DNA of 64,000 nt. It comes from Antedon mediterranea. Lineage: Eukaryota; Animalia; Echinodermata. The stretch is from contig NC_092670.1 in assembly GCF_964355755.1 (NCBI RefSeq), positions 26,646,795 through 26,710,794 on the forward strand. Direction: 5' to 3'. The notes beneath the pieces are model-generated. The model was not told the origin of the DNA and searched no databases. It was given only the letters and a program-made list of their open reading frames with translations. Position numbers and translations under genes: made by a program. Positions 26,506 through 38,724 of the stretch are shown in pieces (position 1 is the first letter of the stretch; the number at the start of each line of letters is the position of its first letter).

Positions 26506-27840
26506 ATATTTGAAGTTCATATAGTAATTTATTTAAATTTTATTCTTATTTATACATACATAAAATACGAACTCAAATGTTATTACTATTCAAAAAATGA
26601 TTCTCTATGGAGAAAGTTCTGGACTTCAGTTTGAATTAAGTAAATTGCATACTAATAATTCCATTAGCCTTGTTAGAGTTAATTGGTGATATATATGTTC
26701 TTAAGATAATTCCTAAATCCATCTTTTTAGGTTGATTGCATTTTTTAGGCAAGTTCAGGACCTACAGTACAGTACAAAAATAATTATTAAAGCTATTACA
26801 GAATGATTATGTCATTGCATTCCGCATCATTTTTTCACTTAATTTGTAATGGTTTGGGAAGTAAGGATGAGTGAGTTTGTTTAATTAATAAGAATTTAAT
26901 ACCAAATGTGATTGACCAAATTGAGTTTTTAGTATGTTTAACACCTGATCATATCCCTTGTCTACTTAACAATGTACAAGCTTCAATAAATGCCTTTGCT
27001 TCACCAGTACAGTAGAATTCAGTTTCATTATTAATATTACTAAGTTTAGAAGCTAAATTAGTTTCAAAATTTAAAATGAAATACCAATATTCACTTGAAT
27101 CATCGCGTGTGGCTCCAGGGGAAGGATTGATCGCTAAAATAATGTTTGAATTAGCTTACAACATTTCTTAGGTAATTTTTTTAATGAAATGTATAGTGTA
27201 CTTGCTTGACGAATCCTTTGTCCATTAAATCATATAATAAGTTGTAATGTGTCCATAAATTAATTATTCTACTTGCGTAAGCCTAGCTTGTGGTGTGTAG
27301 CAAACGGCAAAAATGCCATTGCCATGCTCTCCACCACCACAGACTACAAAGAGAGATCCATTCAGCCGACGTCGCATCCGTTCGTTGTTTTGTAGAAACA
27401 ACAATAATTTGGAGTACATTAATTATGGGGGTGTTCACTATCCAAGAGCCTATTAAACATGTGCGTCACCCACTGTGTAACAATACAATAATTTATTTAC
27501 ATCTCTAAATTTACAATCGCATATTCTGTAATTTTACTAAACGCTATTCAATTGTTGTTTGACATTCATCACGGAGGCGAAATACATTCGCCTCATCACT
27601 CTCAATGCTACAAATGCTTCATGAATGTCCTCCAGTTCCACAACTTGTTTTTCTGATTTTTGGATCAACTTTATTATTTTTTGGCATCTAGATGTTCATC
27701 TTCTTGCGACAACACCTTTATAATATTGAATGTCCTCGTCAAATGACCCTTTTTATTTCTCTGACTTATCTTTATTGCAGCCTTCCTTTCCTCCATTACG
27801 ATAAATTGTCCAAATGCCTTTGTTTAACACAAACAATTCA

Positions 27841-28520
27841 AACTAGAATTTAATTTGTCACTTTGACGAATTATAGGTTATCATTTTTATAATTTTACTG
27901 ATATTTAATTTGTTTTTAAACATGCACATACGTTAAATATGACTGCAAAATATTGATTTATGCAATCCTATTACCTGATGCATGCTTACAGTGCTGATTG
28001 GTACCTATTATGTGTCATAGCATATACACTCTATACGGTAGAGTGTACTGTATATCTATACAGTGTGACATAGGTGAAATTACGGGAACCACATCATGTT
28101 CTAATTTTTGGGTATGACGACGTCAAAATAAACTTGAAGATCACAATTTCGAAAGATAATGAATTGAGCAAAAAATTTGGAAGAAAATTTGTCACATATA
28201 AGCGCACTGCGCGCTCTTTGAAATTTGTATAAATTTGACGAAAGAGAGAAAAAAACTGCTTCAACATCCGATAGGCTTTTAATTTTTATATGAATTCATA
28301 TCTTTCTTTCATCAGGTTGGACAGTATAATCTTTATACATGTTACATACAGTGTAGAATAGGTGAAATTACGAGACCCGCCATTTATTCCAATTTTTACC
28401 ATGACAACGGTATTAACGTATAGAAGAAATTTAAATACGTAAAATATAGATGCGCGCTCTTTTAAATTTGATGAACTATGACGCAAAATATGAAAATACA
28501 ACTTTTTTTATTCAACTGGC
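27841..28520 (-). mobile_element. 3' half of a HINE copy
   Basis: aactagaatttaatttgtcactttgacgaattataggttatc; colinear with 61637-62210. Confidence 0.75.
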
Positions 28521-29896
28521 CATGTGATGCGAATATGTTCCGTTGACATAAGTTGTATCAAAGTAGTCAAGAAAGTCCTCTAATACTTCAGGTGAATTTT
28601 CCCGTAGGTGCTGCATACCTTCTTTGACCTAGATAAAACAAAGATTATTTGTGAGTAAAGTAGAATGATCAATGTTCCGGATAATTCTTATTTGAAATCA
28701 TGTAAGAGTCATTTTTATGTTTTAAAGTTATGGTGCTACAGTATGAATGAATGTTCAAATTAAATTTATAAAAGAAATCAAATAAAAGGGACATGACAAC
28801 ATAGCTTGTAGAACAATTAGATTGTAAAGAAACATTATAAATGAACAAGTAAAAAATCACCATCTTGAAATGCATAATTCTATGTGAACGGAAGTTGGAA
28901 ATTAAACAGATAAATATAAAATATATTATAAAGATAACATACCTTATCTGGAGGCAGGAAAGCAAGACCATCTACCATTTCACAGAACTGCTGGATTTGC
29001 TCGTCTTCCATGTACATTGAAGCAAGGCCAAGTGTCTGCAGCTTTCTCCATGAAGATTGTGTCAAGTGGTAAAAACATTCATGAATGTTGGTGTTCTCTC
29101 CAAAAACTGAATAAAGTTCCCCCATCATGCTAACTTCAAAGTCCATATTTATTAAGGTTGGGTTTGGTACATAACCTAGTAGTCTACATTGATCAACAAT
29201 GGCAGTAAGAAATTGTTTGTAATGTTCTTGCAATTTTGATGTAAGTAGCGCATATACAGTTGTTATCGAATTGTCTTCTAACTCAACGCGAATTACATAC
29301 AATTGCTTATAGAGTTTTGGGCTGGTTTTAAATGTTCCATCCATAAACCAGATTGTTGAATTGCATAGGTGACGCAAACCATCCGAAGTTGCAAAAACTG
29401 TGACACGGTCATTATTACCAATGATAGCATCATGGATTAGAAAGTCTCTGTCATCAAAAGTTTTCATCCATTCACCATCAATGACTGGTCTTCCAGCGAT
29501 TGTGGCTGACCAGGGTGACTTTTACTTCTTTTGATTCTGATGTTTCTTTTTAGACTTTCTGCACAAGTCATAGTAACACGAACATTGAGTGGTTGTTTGT
29601 GCCATCTCATCAATGACTATCTGAGCTGGAGTTGCTCTAGAAGTTGTAGCTTTATCCATAATATTATGTCTTACTTTCTCTGCATGAGCTTTTATGATGT
29701 TAGCTGCATGATTGTGTTCCGATACATACTGCACTTCGGCCATATCGATGTCTGTCCGTAGTACACCTTTGCAAGCAAACTTTCTACGTGAAGAACACTC
29801 CCAAATTATCGAACTTCTGTTAGACTTACGTTTAGTATAAAGATAACCATCATAGCATAATTTGCGACCTCCCTTATTATTTGTAATGAACTCCAT
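28515..29896 (-). pseudogene. Mutator (MULE) transposase remnant: FLYWCH zinc finger plus DDE domain, with an intron (28629-28942)
   Basis: GGRKLCYDGYLY...WEC...C...HNH; WFMDGTFK, MDFE, CFYHLTQ; PPDK|gtatg...ctag|VKEGMQHLRE...DYFDTTYV; frameshifted and 3'-truncated. Confidence 0.87.
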
Positions 29897-30199
29897 TTTG
29901 AATTGATTGGTATTTTGACAATGTGCCTTATTTAAACATAACATTACAATGGCATAAAATTTATTATGAATCTTAACTAAGTAGGAAGTGTTTGATGTTT
30001 TGGCAGTGGCATTTGGAAGAGGTAACATGAAAAGTGTAGGCATCCCTTTGATTAGCTTTGATATTGTTTCTAAATAACACCTACACCCAAATTGCTATTC
30101 ATAATAACACAATTTAATAAAAATTGATTGTTCAGCACTCCCACTTTACAATGGTAAAGTCCATTGTTGGGTGGCTTTTTACAGGGGTGGCTTTTTTCC

Positions 30200-30490
30200 G
30201 ATTTCTCCACCCTCTATTCACCAGCCTTGTGCCTCTTGTTTCTTTTATTCCTGTCCACTCAGGCAGCGCTTGCCTGACCATATCTATCTATCTATCTATC
30301 TTTGTCCAAGTACCTTCACTTGCACTGATAAAGGGCTAAGTGTTGCCCGAAAGCTCTACTATTCTGGCTGTTTTACTTTATCGTTTTGATTTAGCTTTTC
30401 GCTTTTTTTTTTTATCTCCATTGAGATCCAGCCACTGATAGTGATACCCACAGCATTGTCATTTTTTCAGTATTTTGCCTTTGGATTTAT
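30200..30490 (+). mobile_element. Penelope-like terminal repeat fragment with hammerhead-like motif
   Basis: gcaCTGATAAagggc-taagtgtt-gcccGAAAgctc (30322-30356); second copy on minus at about 49050-49210. Confidence 0.55.
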
Positions 30491-30578
30491 ATGTAATTTC
30501 TCATTCTCACAGATTTCCTCATCTTTATCGTTTCAAATTAAATACACACATACATACACACCTACATACATACGTATA

Positions 30579-32015
30579 TCTATATATAAATTTACGTAAG
30601 GGCAAAATTCGGTAAATCGCGCCTTACTTTTAGAATTTTTACTCGATGGTATATAAAGTTGGTTCGTACTTTCGGTACTGATTTTAACCACCTGATGTAA
30701 CCCTGTTTACTAATTAAATTAAGTTAGATAATTAGTTATTGACGATTAAAACGAATTTAGGTTCAACGATTTGCCCCAAATAGGGGTGTTTTCCGATCGT
30801 GGTATACACTGTCTAATGGATGTCCATCTTGAAAAATACCCGCCACAAAAATGCGAGGAGGCTTCGCATTTTCCTATCTCCTCCTACGATAATTGTTTTT
30901 AATAGCTGAAAACCGGTTGAACAGCTCGAGTACAGTATCATAATGTTGAAGACAGGCCGATTTTCTTTAAAAAATACTATTTTGATAGATTTAATATACG
31001 TTTATGCAAATGTATTGATTTGAAATGAATGGAACATTCCAATCTCTGTTCCACAAGTGTCTATTCCCTCAGGCGTCGTAAAGGCAAGTACTGCATACTC
31101 ATAACACAAATTCGATCCATTTTTTTTTCAATCTGTGCTGCAGAGGTTGGATATAGATTTTTTTTAAAGGATAATGAGCTAGCGTTTTCAGTCGCCGTAT
31201 ATTATGTACAAATCTTTATTATTGCAGTTAAACCACCCACGTGACATCATCACCCTTCCCTCACTGGCATGAGTAGCGTTGTAAAGCCAGTAGAGGATAG
31301 GCCTACGGTCCCCCTACGGTGCATCACATGCCCTAAACGCAGAACAACTTTGGTATGAATTGGCTCTAAGAAACAATTGAAAACCATTAGGCCTACTAAT
31401 TAAGTTGAGTTAGATAATTTAATATTTATTGACGATTAAATCGAATTTATGATTTGCCACGAATAGGGGTGGTTTTCACAAATTGTTTTCCATTATATAA
31501 ACATATTATACACGTCGTAGTGATGTATCGTTACATGTACTATACTATTTCAATCGACTAGGACGGTGATAGTTTCAACAAAGTATTACATCGCAATGTT
31601 TTACTGTGTTTAGTGGTATATTATTTGTAAAACATGAAAACAATTAATATTTCGTTACTACATGGATAAAGAATATATTTAAAAATTGTTCCTCTTTGCA
31701 CCCATCCTCTTTCCCATCCCTCAACCCTAATGTTACATACAAAACACAAATTAAGTTTGTTTAAATTTGACTTAAACAATTGGTCTCATTTTGTGACAAG
31801 TTTCTCTTTCGGAAGTAATTCCCAGGGTGCTAATTTTAGTTCAGTACATAAATCACAGTGTCTATTTATTCGTTCCTGTAAACGACACGTATTATTGTCC
31901 TGCGGTACGTACATTTGAAATCGCCAGTTTTTTAACGCTGAAATTATTATGTATTCGAGAACCATCTGTGGGCACGACCTAGATGGTACGCGAGCGAAGC
32001 GAGCGTACCATCTAG
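30579..32015 (+). mobile_element. Full-length non-autonomous Helitron
   Basis: a|TCTATATATAAATTT...ctagatggtacgcgagcgaagcgagcgtaccatCTAG|t. Confidence 0.9.
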
Positions 32016-32105
32016 TATATATATATAAAGCTTCTGAAAATGTTATTTATAATATATTGTGTTAAAACAATTTGATTTGTAATCTGGGATTTCTTCTCAA
32101 TTCAG

Positions 32106-32234
32106 ACATTTCCATGAAGCAAATGTTAACATGCAAAATTATCAAAGATTGTTCATAGCATCTCAAGAACGTTATGACAAGCTTGTAAACCTAGCTAGTA
32201 GTGGAGGTGCCTATAGTTTGAAAAGTGAAACAGA
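32106..32234 (+). CDS. NEK10: NEK10 coding exon
   Basis: cag|A...GA|gtaag; HFHEANVNMQNYQRLFIASQERYDKLVNLASSGGAYSLKSET resembles NEK10 YFMEAN...SSGAASLKSE. Confidence 0.9.
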
Positions 32235-32648
32235 GTAAGTTAATATTTGTATGTTTGGTTACTTCTTTTATAAAATTTGTCTCATCTTACCTTTGCACAT
32301 AATAAAATACTTTTATTTACATTGTACTGATGACATTTTAATCAGTTTCTGAATTGCCCAAAAGAGTTTTGTGGAATTTGGCATTATTTTGGATGATGGA
32401 AACTATTCTGTATTTTAAACAATATATATCAAAAAGTTGGCGGGCTAATATCGGTATTACCAAAAAAAAAATACAAGGAATTAAAAATATTCCAACTTAA
32501 AATATTCCATAGAATTTGCATTTTGTAAGAAAATACCTTCTAGTACCACCTATAGCCCCCAAAACATCACTCTAAAATGAAAAAAAAAAATCCATTTCGG
32601 GTCCATTTTAATTTATTCATCTAAGATCTCTTCTTTTTTTTTGGCCAG

Positions 32649-32740
32649 CAGCAGCAGTGATGTGTTTGAATCAGCAGATGAATCAAACACACCTATTAAT
32701 CAACGAGTTGTCGGCAGTTACAATATGTTGAAAAGCACAG
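32649..32740 (+). CDS. NEK10: NEK10 coding exon (acidic/Ser-rich linker; acceptor ambiguous among tandem CAGs)
   Basis: polypyrimidine tract plus cagcagcagcag; SSSDVFESADESNTPINQRVVGSYNMLKST, ends CAG|gtaag; phases 2/1 fit neighbours. Confidence 0.78.
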
Positions 32741-33199
32741 GTAAGCAATTATTGTGTATATTAAGAGACATATGTCCATATTTAAAAAAAAAGGATTTTG
32801 ATAAAGAAACTGAAAACAAATTTTGAAAACAAATTATTTACTAAACCAACAATATTTATCTACAAGAAAAAGTTAGTACTCTACATTAACTTCAGTAACT
32901 AATTGTCCAAACAGTTAATAGATGTTAAATAAGCGACTGTAAAATTTAACAGTTAAACTTTCTTTGTTGAACATACTAGAAGCCTTCACTGTTTAACACA
33001 AAGTTATAGTTTTCACTGAAGGTGTATGCCTAACATTCATTGTTGACATTTTCTAAATATATTTTCCTCTTAATTTATAAGTGTAATACCCTTTTCACAT
33101 CTGTCAAAAAAGTAACAAGTTGTAACCAGGTTCGTGTAGTGTAAAAGAAATTTATGAAAAACACACCAGCAAGGAGGCCTGTTCTTTCATGAATGAAAT

Positions 33200-34660
33200 G
33201 ATTTGTACCTCAAAAACATTCATTGTTTGTATATGCCGAAACCGGAAAATTGAAGGGTAGAGGATTATCTGTGAACAACCGTTGGTGTAACAACGTCAGA
33301 GGTGTGTCTACTATGTGTGATAAAAACATTGAACTGATGTGTCTTGCCTTTCGTCCTTTTTATCTTCCGCGAGAATTCAACAAACTTTTTGTGACATTAG
33401 TTTATACAGGCAAATGCTGAAAACGGCGCTAGTTCATTATCAGACATGATTCACGAGATCTCTGAAAAGTCCCCCCAATTCCCTCAAGTTGGTTTTAGGT
33501 GATATTAACCATTGCGATAAAGCGATTACCGATCTACTTCCACATTTTGCCAAATGTGTTGATAAACCCACAAGAGGTAATAATATTCTTGACCAATGCT
33601 ACTGCTCGGTTCCAGATGCCTATAAATGTCTGATTAGTTTCAGTATTACCAACTCAGATCACAGTGTAGTTCAACTTCTTCTGAGTTATATACAGCACGC
33701 AAATTGTTGTAAAGGTCTGGAGCAAGGAAGCGATTGAAAGTTTACAAGATTGCTTTGAATGTACAAACTGGTGGGAATTTTTTGTTGATAATGTTGAACT
33801 TTCGGCTAATGTTATTAATTATCGCTGGATACTCCTGAAAAAGAATCTAATTTAAATAAATGTTATGCTATGTTTGAAGATGCAAATGGTAATGTCCCAC
33901 CCAATGACTCATCTATTGCTCGTCATATAAACAATTACTTAGGTATTGGATGGGTCATTATTGATAAGCAGGATGTGCTTAAACAATTCAGGAGAGTTAA
34001 CAAAAGGAAAGCTTGTGGGCCTGATGGCATTTGTGCTAGGATTTGTTATGAATGTGCCAATCAACTTGATATTCCATTTAGTAATTGATTTCAATTGTCT
34101 ATGGACATGCATATGATTCCTAGGTGTTGAAAGTAAGCTGTTATTGTACCTATGGCTAAGAAGGCCTTCTGAGCTAAATGACTTTCGCCCGGTTGTGTTT
34201 AGAACGTATCATCTGTAAATATTTATTATGTTCATTATCTCCGATTATTGATCCATCGCAGTTCGCGTATCAGCCACTTAAATGTGCTGATAAAGCTGTG
34301 AATTTAGTTCAACTGATAAATTAAATTGTTATGCCCGTGCTACTTTTGTAGACTTTTCATCAGCGTTTCACACTACGCAACCGTCTATCTTATTTGAGAA
34401 ACTGTATAACTTGAGGTTAATCCATATTTAATTTCCTGGATTAGTTTTATATTTAAGGGAACGAACTGTCTATTTGATGTTATTACCATAAATGTTGGTT
34501 CTCCTCAAGGTTATTGAAGTCACCTCTGTTGTATGTATACTATATACGATTGTAAATCCCATTACCCGAATACCTATTTGCTTAAATATGCAGATGACAC
34601 AGTAATTGTAGGACTGATGCACGGTGATAACAAAATTCACTATCAAAGAATCCGTCTATG
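33200..34660 (+). mobile_element. Degenerate Rex1/Babar-like LINE ORF2
   Basis: NNRWC, FRPFYLPREF, GDINH, NSDH, KACGPDGI, VDFSSAF, KYADDT; many stops and frameshifts. Confidence 0.85.
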
Positions 34661-34674
34661 ATTTTTAGTTTTGA

Positions 34675-34975
34675 CTGAAGATTGCTTTATTCAGTAGTGG
34701 TTGCACAGTTAGCTAGTGGTTACGCCTTTCACTGAGGATTGCTTTATTCATTGGTGGTTACGTTTGCTGGTGGGTACACCCGTTAGCCAGTGGTTAAGAC
34801 TACTGGTGGTTACCCTCTTAGCCAGTGGATACGTTTATTGGTGGATACCCCGATAGCCGGTGGTTACGTTGCTGGTGGGTTCACCCGTTAGCCATTGGTT
34901 AAGACTACCTACCGGTGGTTACCCTGTGTATATGCTTACTGGTGGATAACCCGATAGCTAGTGGTTGTGCAGAAA
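34675..34975. repeat. Degenerate 36-bp-type tandem repeat with higher-order duplication
   Basis: Repeated tggtgg(t/a)tacccg.tagccagtggtt units. Confidence 0.6.
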
Positions 34976-35293
34976 CTGGTGATGCTGGTTAAAGATGTAG
35001 ATCAAAGTCCTTGGAACAAAACAGTTATTTGTACATATTATCTAATTTTATCTAATTAATCATAATTCTAATCATTTTCTGCTGTTGATCATTATTCTGG
35101 GGAAACAATAAAATGAGGACACCCCAAAATATGTTGCATGTATTTGTTTATTTTGGTTATGTGTTCTGGTGAGAGTGAGAATTCGTTCAAGCTGCAGATT
35201 TTCCTGAAGGGTTGGACCCTATTTAATCAGATTCTTGACTGCAATTTTATTACAATACAATAAATGATGGTTTAAAACCAATTATCATTACAG

Positions 35294-35428
35294 AAAGTGG
35301 TATTGTTGATGATGAAACTAGTAGCAGTGAAGATAGTTTGGAAAGTAGCACAAATAGTACAGTACTTGGTAAGCAAGCATCAACACCAAAGGTCCAGTTG
35401 ATAATTTCAGATAATATAAAGAGACAAA
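35294..35428 (+). CDS. NEK10: NEK10 coding exon (Ser/acidic linker; alternative donor at 35368)
   Basis: cag|AA AGT GGT; ESGIVDDETSSSEDSLESSTNSTVL[GKQASTPKVQLIISDNIKRQ]; two phase-1 donors. Confidence 0.68.
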
Positions 35429-35705
35429 GTAAAGGGAAGTTCTTTTGATTCTTCAAATGATCTCTAATTATTAAATATAAGAACATGCACTTTCATGAAA
35501 TAGTAAATATAGGAGTATAACCTGCGACAATAACTTTCATCCCCCCTCCAACAGTGGAGATGAACCAGAACATTGAGGTAAACCCCTACTACTGTGTAGA
35601 TTTTGTCACTATAGATTGTGGTTTCTCTGCCTCATCCACTTGACTCGATTAGGATGGCTACATGCACTATATTGTAATAATGATAGAATTTTCCATTTCT
35701 TTTAG

Positions 35706-35816
35706 CAGCTAATTTGTCTTTAAGTAGAAATCGCGGAAGCCTAAACCATGCAAGACCTCCCAAAACAACTAGTAATGACAGTGCATTAAGGAGACATGGA
35801 ATGGTGGATCTAATGG
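35706..35816 (+). CDS. NEK10: NEK10 coding exon (linker)
   Basis: tttag|CAG...ATGG|gtaaa; 111 nt, phase 1/1, open frame ANLSLSRNRGSLNHARPPKTTSNDSALRRHGMVDLM; little recognisable homology. Confidence 0.62.
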
Positions 35817-36954
35817 GTAAATATTAATTATTATATTCCACACTTTTCATTTCACGGTTGGTAGATAGCCGTGGTGTATTTATTGCCATGCTTGCGAACT
35901 ATCCCACCCTTAAACTGTGCATGTCTGTTTCATCCGCAATGTTAATAACAATTTGATTTATGATGCACGGATGTGGTGTTACAAATATAGTCAACTTGTG
36001 TTTCACCTATAAAGGCGATATCTGTTAAATTATATTATACAAATAATAATTGTTTATGAGTGCAATGATATAATTAATTTCAAGAGGTGATAGATGTTTT
36101 ACATAACATCTGAATATATTTTTGTCATTTCATTCAGATTTATTGAATGAAAGGCCTGTGCCTAGCCTAGGCTACAATGATTCAGATTGAAACGTAGCCC
36201 TAGGATAGGCTTTTTTTATTCTCTTTATGCACTTCATTAATATTCGTAAACTAGAGCACCGTTTCACAACATGCCTTTCGAAACAAAGCTAGGGCATTAA
36301 CACGTGTTTGTGTCACACAGACAGCTAGCTATTGTCTTTTAACTGTCAAAACAAAACTTTTGTGTCATACACGAAGTAATCCATTTTGAGAAATACCCAT
36401 AATACACAGCAAACAATCAGCATGTGGTCAATCATTGATAACCAGCCATTCACACTGCCAATCCACTAGGCCTACCTGTTTTATTTAAATGTGGGAACAT
36501 AGGGCTGCTACTGTAACATTGTGTCAATAATTAATTTTTCGCTCTCTACTAAAGTATTGGCCGTTTCCACAGAAACAATATTGCATCATGTTGAACTTCA
36601 ATTGTATTTTTCGCGCTCGACTACACTCAGGTTTCTTGACATAGGCCTGTTTTTGGTACTTTATCATAAAATAGTGCGTTATTATTTATTTATTATTTAT
36701 GTTGTTTCGGGTTGTGTCATACATACATGTTTTTTTTTAATGAATATTGCTACAGTTATTACAAAATAAACTACAATGTTAGTTACATACGTCCATTATA
36801 TTAATAATTTCACAATATTTGTAAAATGTATAGTGTGGTAAACCGCCCATGTACTTCCCTCCTCGCACACAATTTGTTAAAATTGGCACCAAAAGAAGCC
36901 GCTTGTTAATTTAGTTACCAATAGTAGTTGTCCAGGGGATAATTGTCCTAAGCT

Positions 36955-38430
36955 GTAGTTAGTTGTCCTAGAGGGTAGTTGTTCTAGAGGTTAGTTGTTC
37001 TAGAGGGTAGTTGTTCTAGGGGTAGTTGTTCTAGAGGGTAGTTGTTCTAGAGGGTGATTGTTCTGGGGGTAGTTGTTCTAGAGGGTAGTTGTTCTAGGGG
37101 TAGTTGTTCTAGAGGGTAGTTGTCCTAGAGGGTAGTTGTTCTAGAGGGTGATTGTTCGGGGGTAGTTGTTCTAGGGGTAGTTGTTCTAGAGGGTAGTTGT
37201 CCTAGAGGGTAGTTGTTCTAGGGGTAGTTGTCCTAGAGGGTGATTGTTCTAGAGGGTAGTTGTTCTAGGGGTAGTTGTTCTAGAGGGTAGTTGTCCTAGA
37301 GGGTAGTTGTTCTAGAGGGTGATTGTTCTAGAGGGTGATTGTTCTAGAGGGTGATTGTTCTAGAGGGTAGTTGTTCTAGAGGGTAGTTGTTCTAGAGGGT
37401 AGTTGTCCTAGAGGGTAGTTGTCCTAGAGGGTAGTTGTCCTAGAGGGTAGTTGTTCTAGAGGGTAGTTGTTCTAGAGGGTAGTTGTTCTAGAGGGTAGTT
37501 GTCCTAGAGGTTAGTTGTTCTAGAGGGTAGTTGTCCTAGAGGGTAGTTGTCCTAGAGGGTAGTTGTTCTAGAGGGTAGTTGTTCTAGAGGGTAGTTGTTC
37601 TAGAGGGTGATTGTTCTAGAGGGTAGTTGTTCTAGAGGGTAGTTGTTCTAGAGGGTAGTTGTTCTAGAGGGTAGTTGTTCTAGAGGGTAGTTGTCCTAGA
37701 GGGTAGTTGTCCTAGAGGGTAGTTGTCCTAGAGGGTAGTTGTCCTAGAGGGTAGTTGTTCTAGAGGGTAGTTGTCCTAGAGGGTAGTTGTCCTAGAGGTT
37801 AGTTGTCCTAGAGGTTAGTTGTCCTAGAGGGTAGTTGTTCTAGAGGGTAGTTGTTCTAGAGGGTGATTGTTCTAGAGGGTGATTGTTCTAGGGGTAGTTG
37901 TTCTAGAGGGTAGTTGTCCTAGAGGGTAGTTGTTCTAGGGGTAGTTGTCCTAGAGGGTAGTTGTCCTAGAGGGCGATTGTTCTAGGGGGTAGTTGTTCTA
38001 GAGGGTAGTTGTTCTAGAGGGTAGTTGTCCTAGAGGGTAGTTGTTCTAGGGGTAGTTGTTCTAGAGGTTAGTTGTTCTAGAGGTTAGTTGTTCTAGAGGG
38101 TAGTTGTCCTAGAGGGTAGTTGTTCTAGGGGTAGTTGTTCTAGAGGGTAGTTGTCCTAGAGGGTAGTTGTTCTAGGGGTAGTTGTCCTAGAGGGTAGTTG
38201 TTCTAGAGGGTAGTTGTTCTAGAGGGTAGTTGTTCTAGGGGTAGTTGTTCTAGAGGGTAGTTGTCCTAGAGGGTGATTGTTCTAGGGGTAGTTGTTCTAG
38301 AGGTTAGTTGTTCTAGAGGTTAGTTGTTCTAGAGGTTAGTTGTCCTAGGGAGTAGTTTCCTAGGGTGATAGATGTCCAGGGGGTAGTTGTCCGGGTGGTA
38401 ATTGTCCAGGGGGTAGTTGTCCTAGAGCCG
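36955..38430. repeat. 17-bp minisatellite (about 85 units) ending in a transposon-like terminus
   Basis: Unit gggtagttgt(t/c)ctagag with 16-bp variants; ends ttgtcctagagccg. Confidence 0.95.
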
Positions 38431-38470
38431 TCACAACATCAATGAATACAAGTTTTACATTCGTTGGAGT

Positions 38471-38724
38471 GGAGCTGTAGCTTGGTGGTTAACGTGCTTG
38501 CCTTCCAATCCCAAGGTCCCGGGTTCAATCCTGACCTGGTCCCGGGTTCAATCCTGACCTAGTGCAGGGTTGTAACTCATGACTCTTTCAACTCCACTCC
38601 CTAAGCCTCAAATGAGACTTAGTTTATAAGCACGATAAATTATTAAATAGTTTATCCATCCTGTAATTGGCGAGTTACTCGCTGTTGGATGAGTATGAAT
38701 AAAAAAAAAAAAAAAAAAAAAAAA
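38471..38724 (+). mobile_element. tRNA-derived SINE with duplicated B box and poly(A)
   Basis: ggagctgtagcttggtggttaacgtgcttgccttccaa...ggtcccgggttcaatcctgacct x2; AATAAA and A24 tail. Confidence 0.82.

Noticed and set aside
27500-27835. Possible nested antisense gene exon
   Set aside because: Stops in the frames examined and no recognisable motif
38471-38545. Functional tRNA gene
   Set aside because: No paired acceptor stem, duplicated B box and poly(A) tail indicate a SINE; 47483-47540 and 8300-8370 are similarly degenerate
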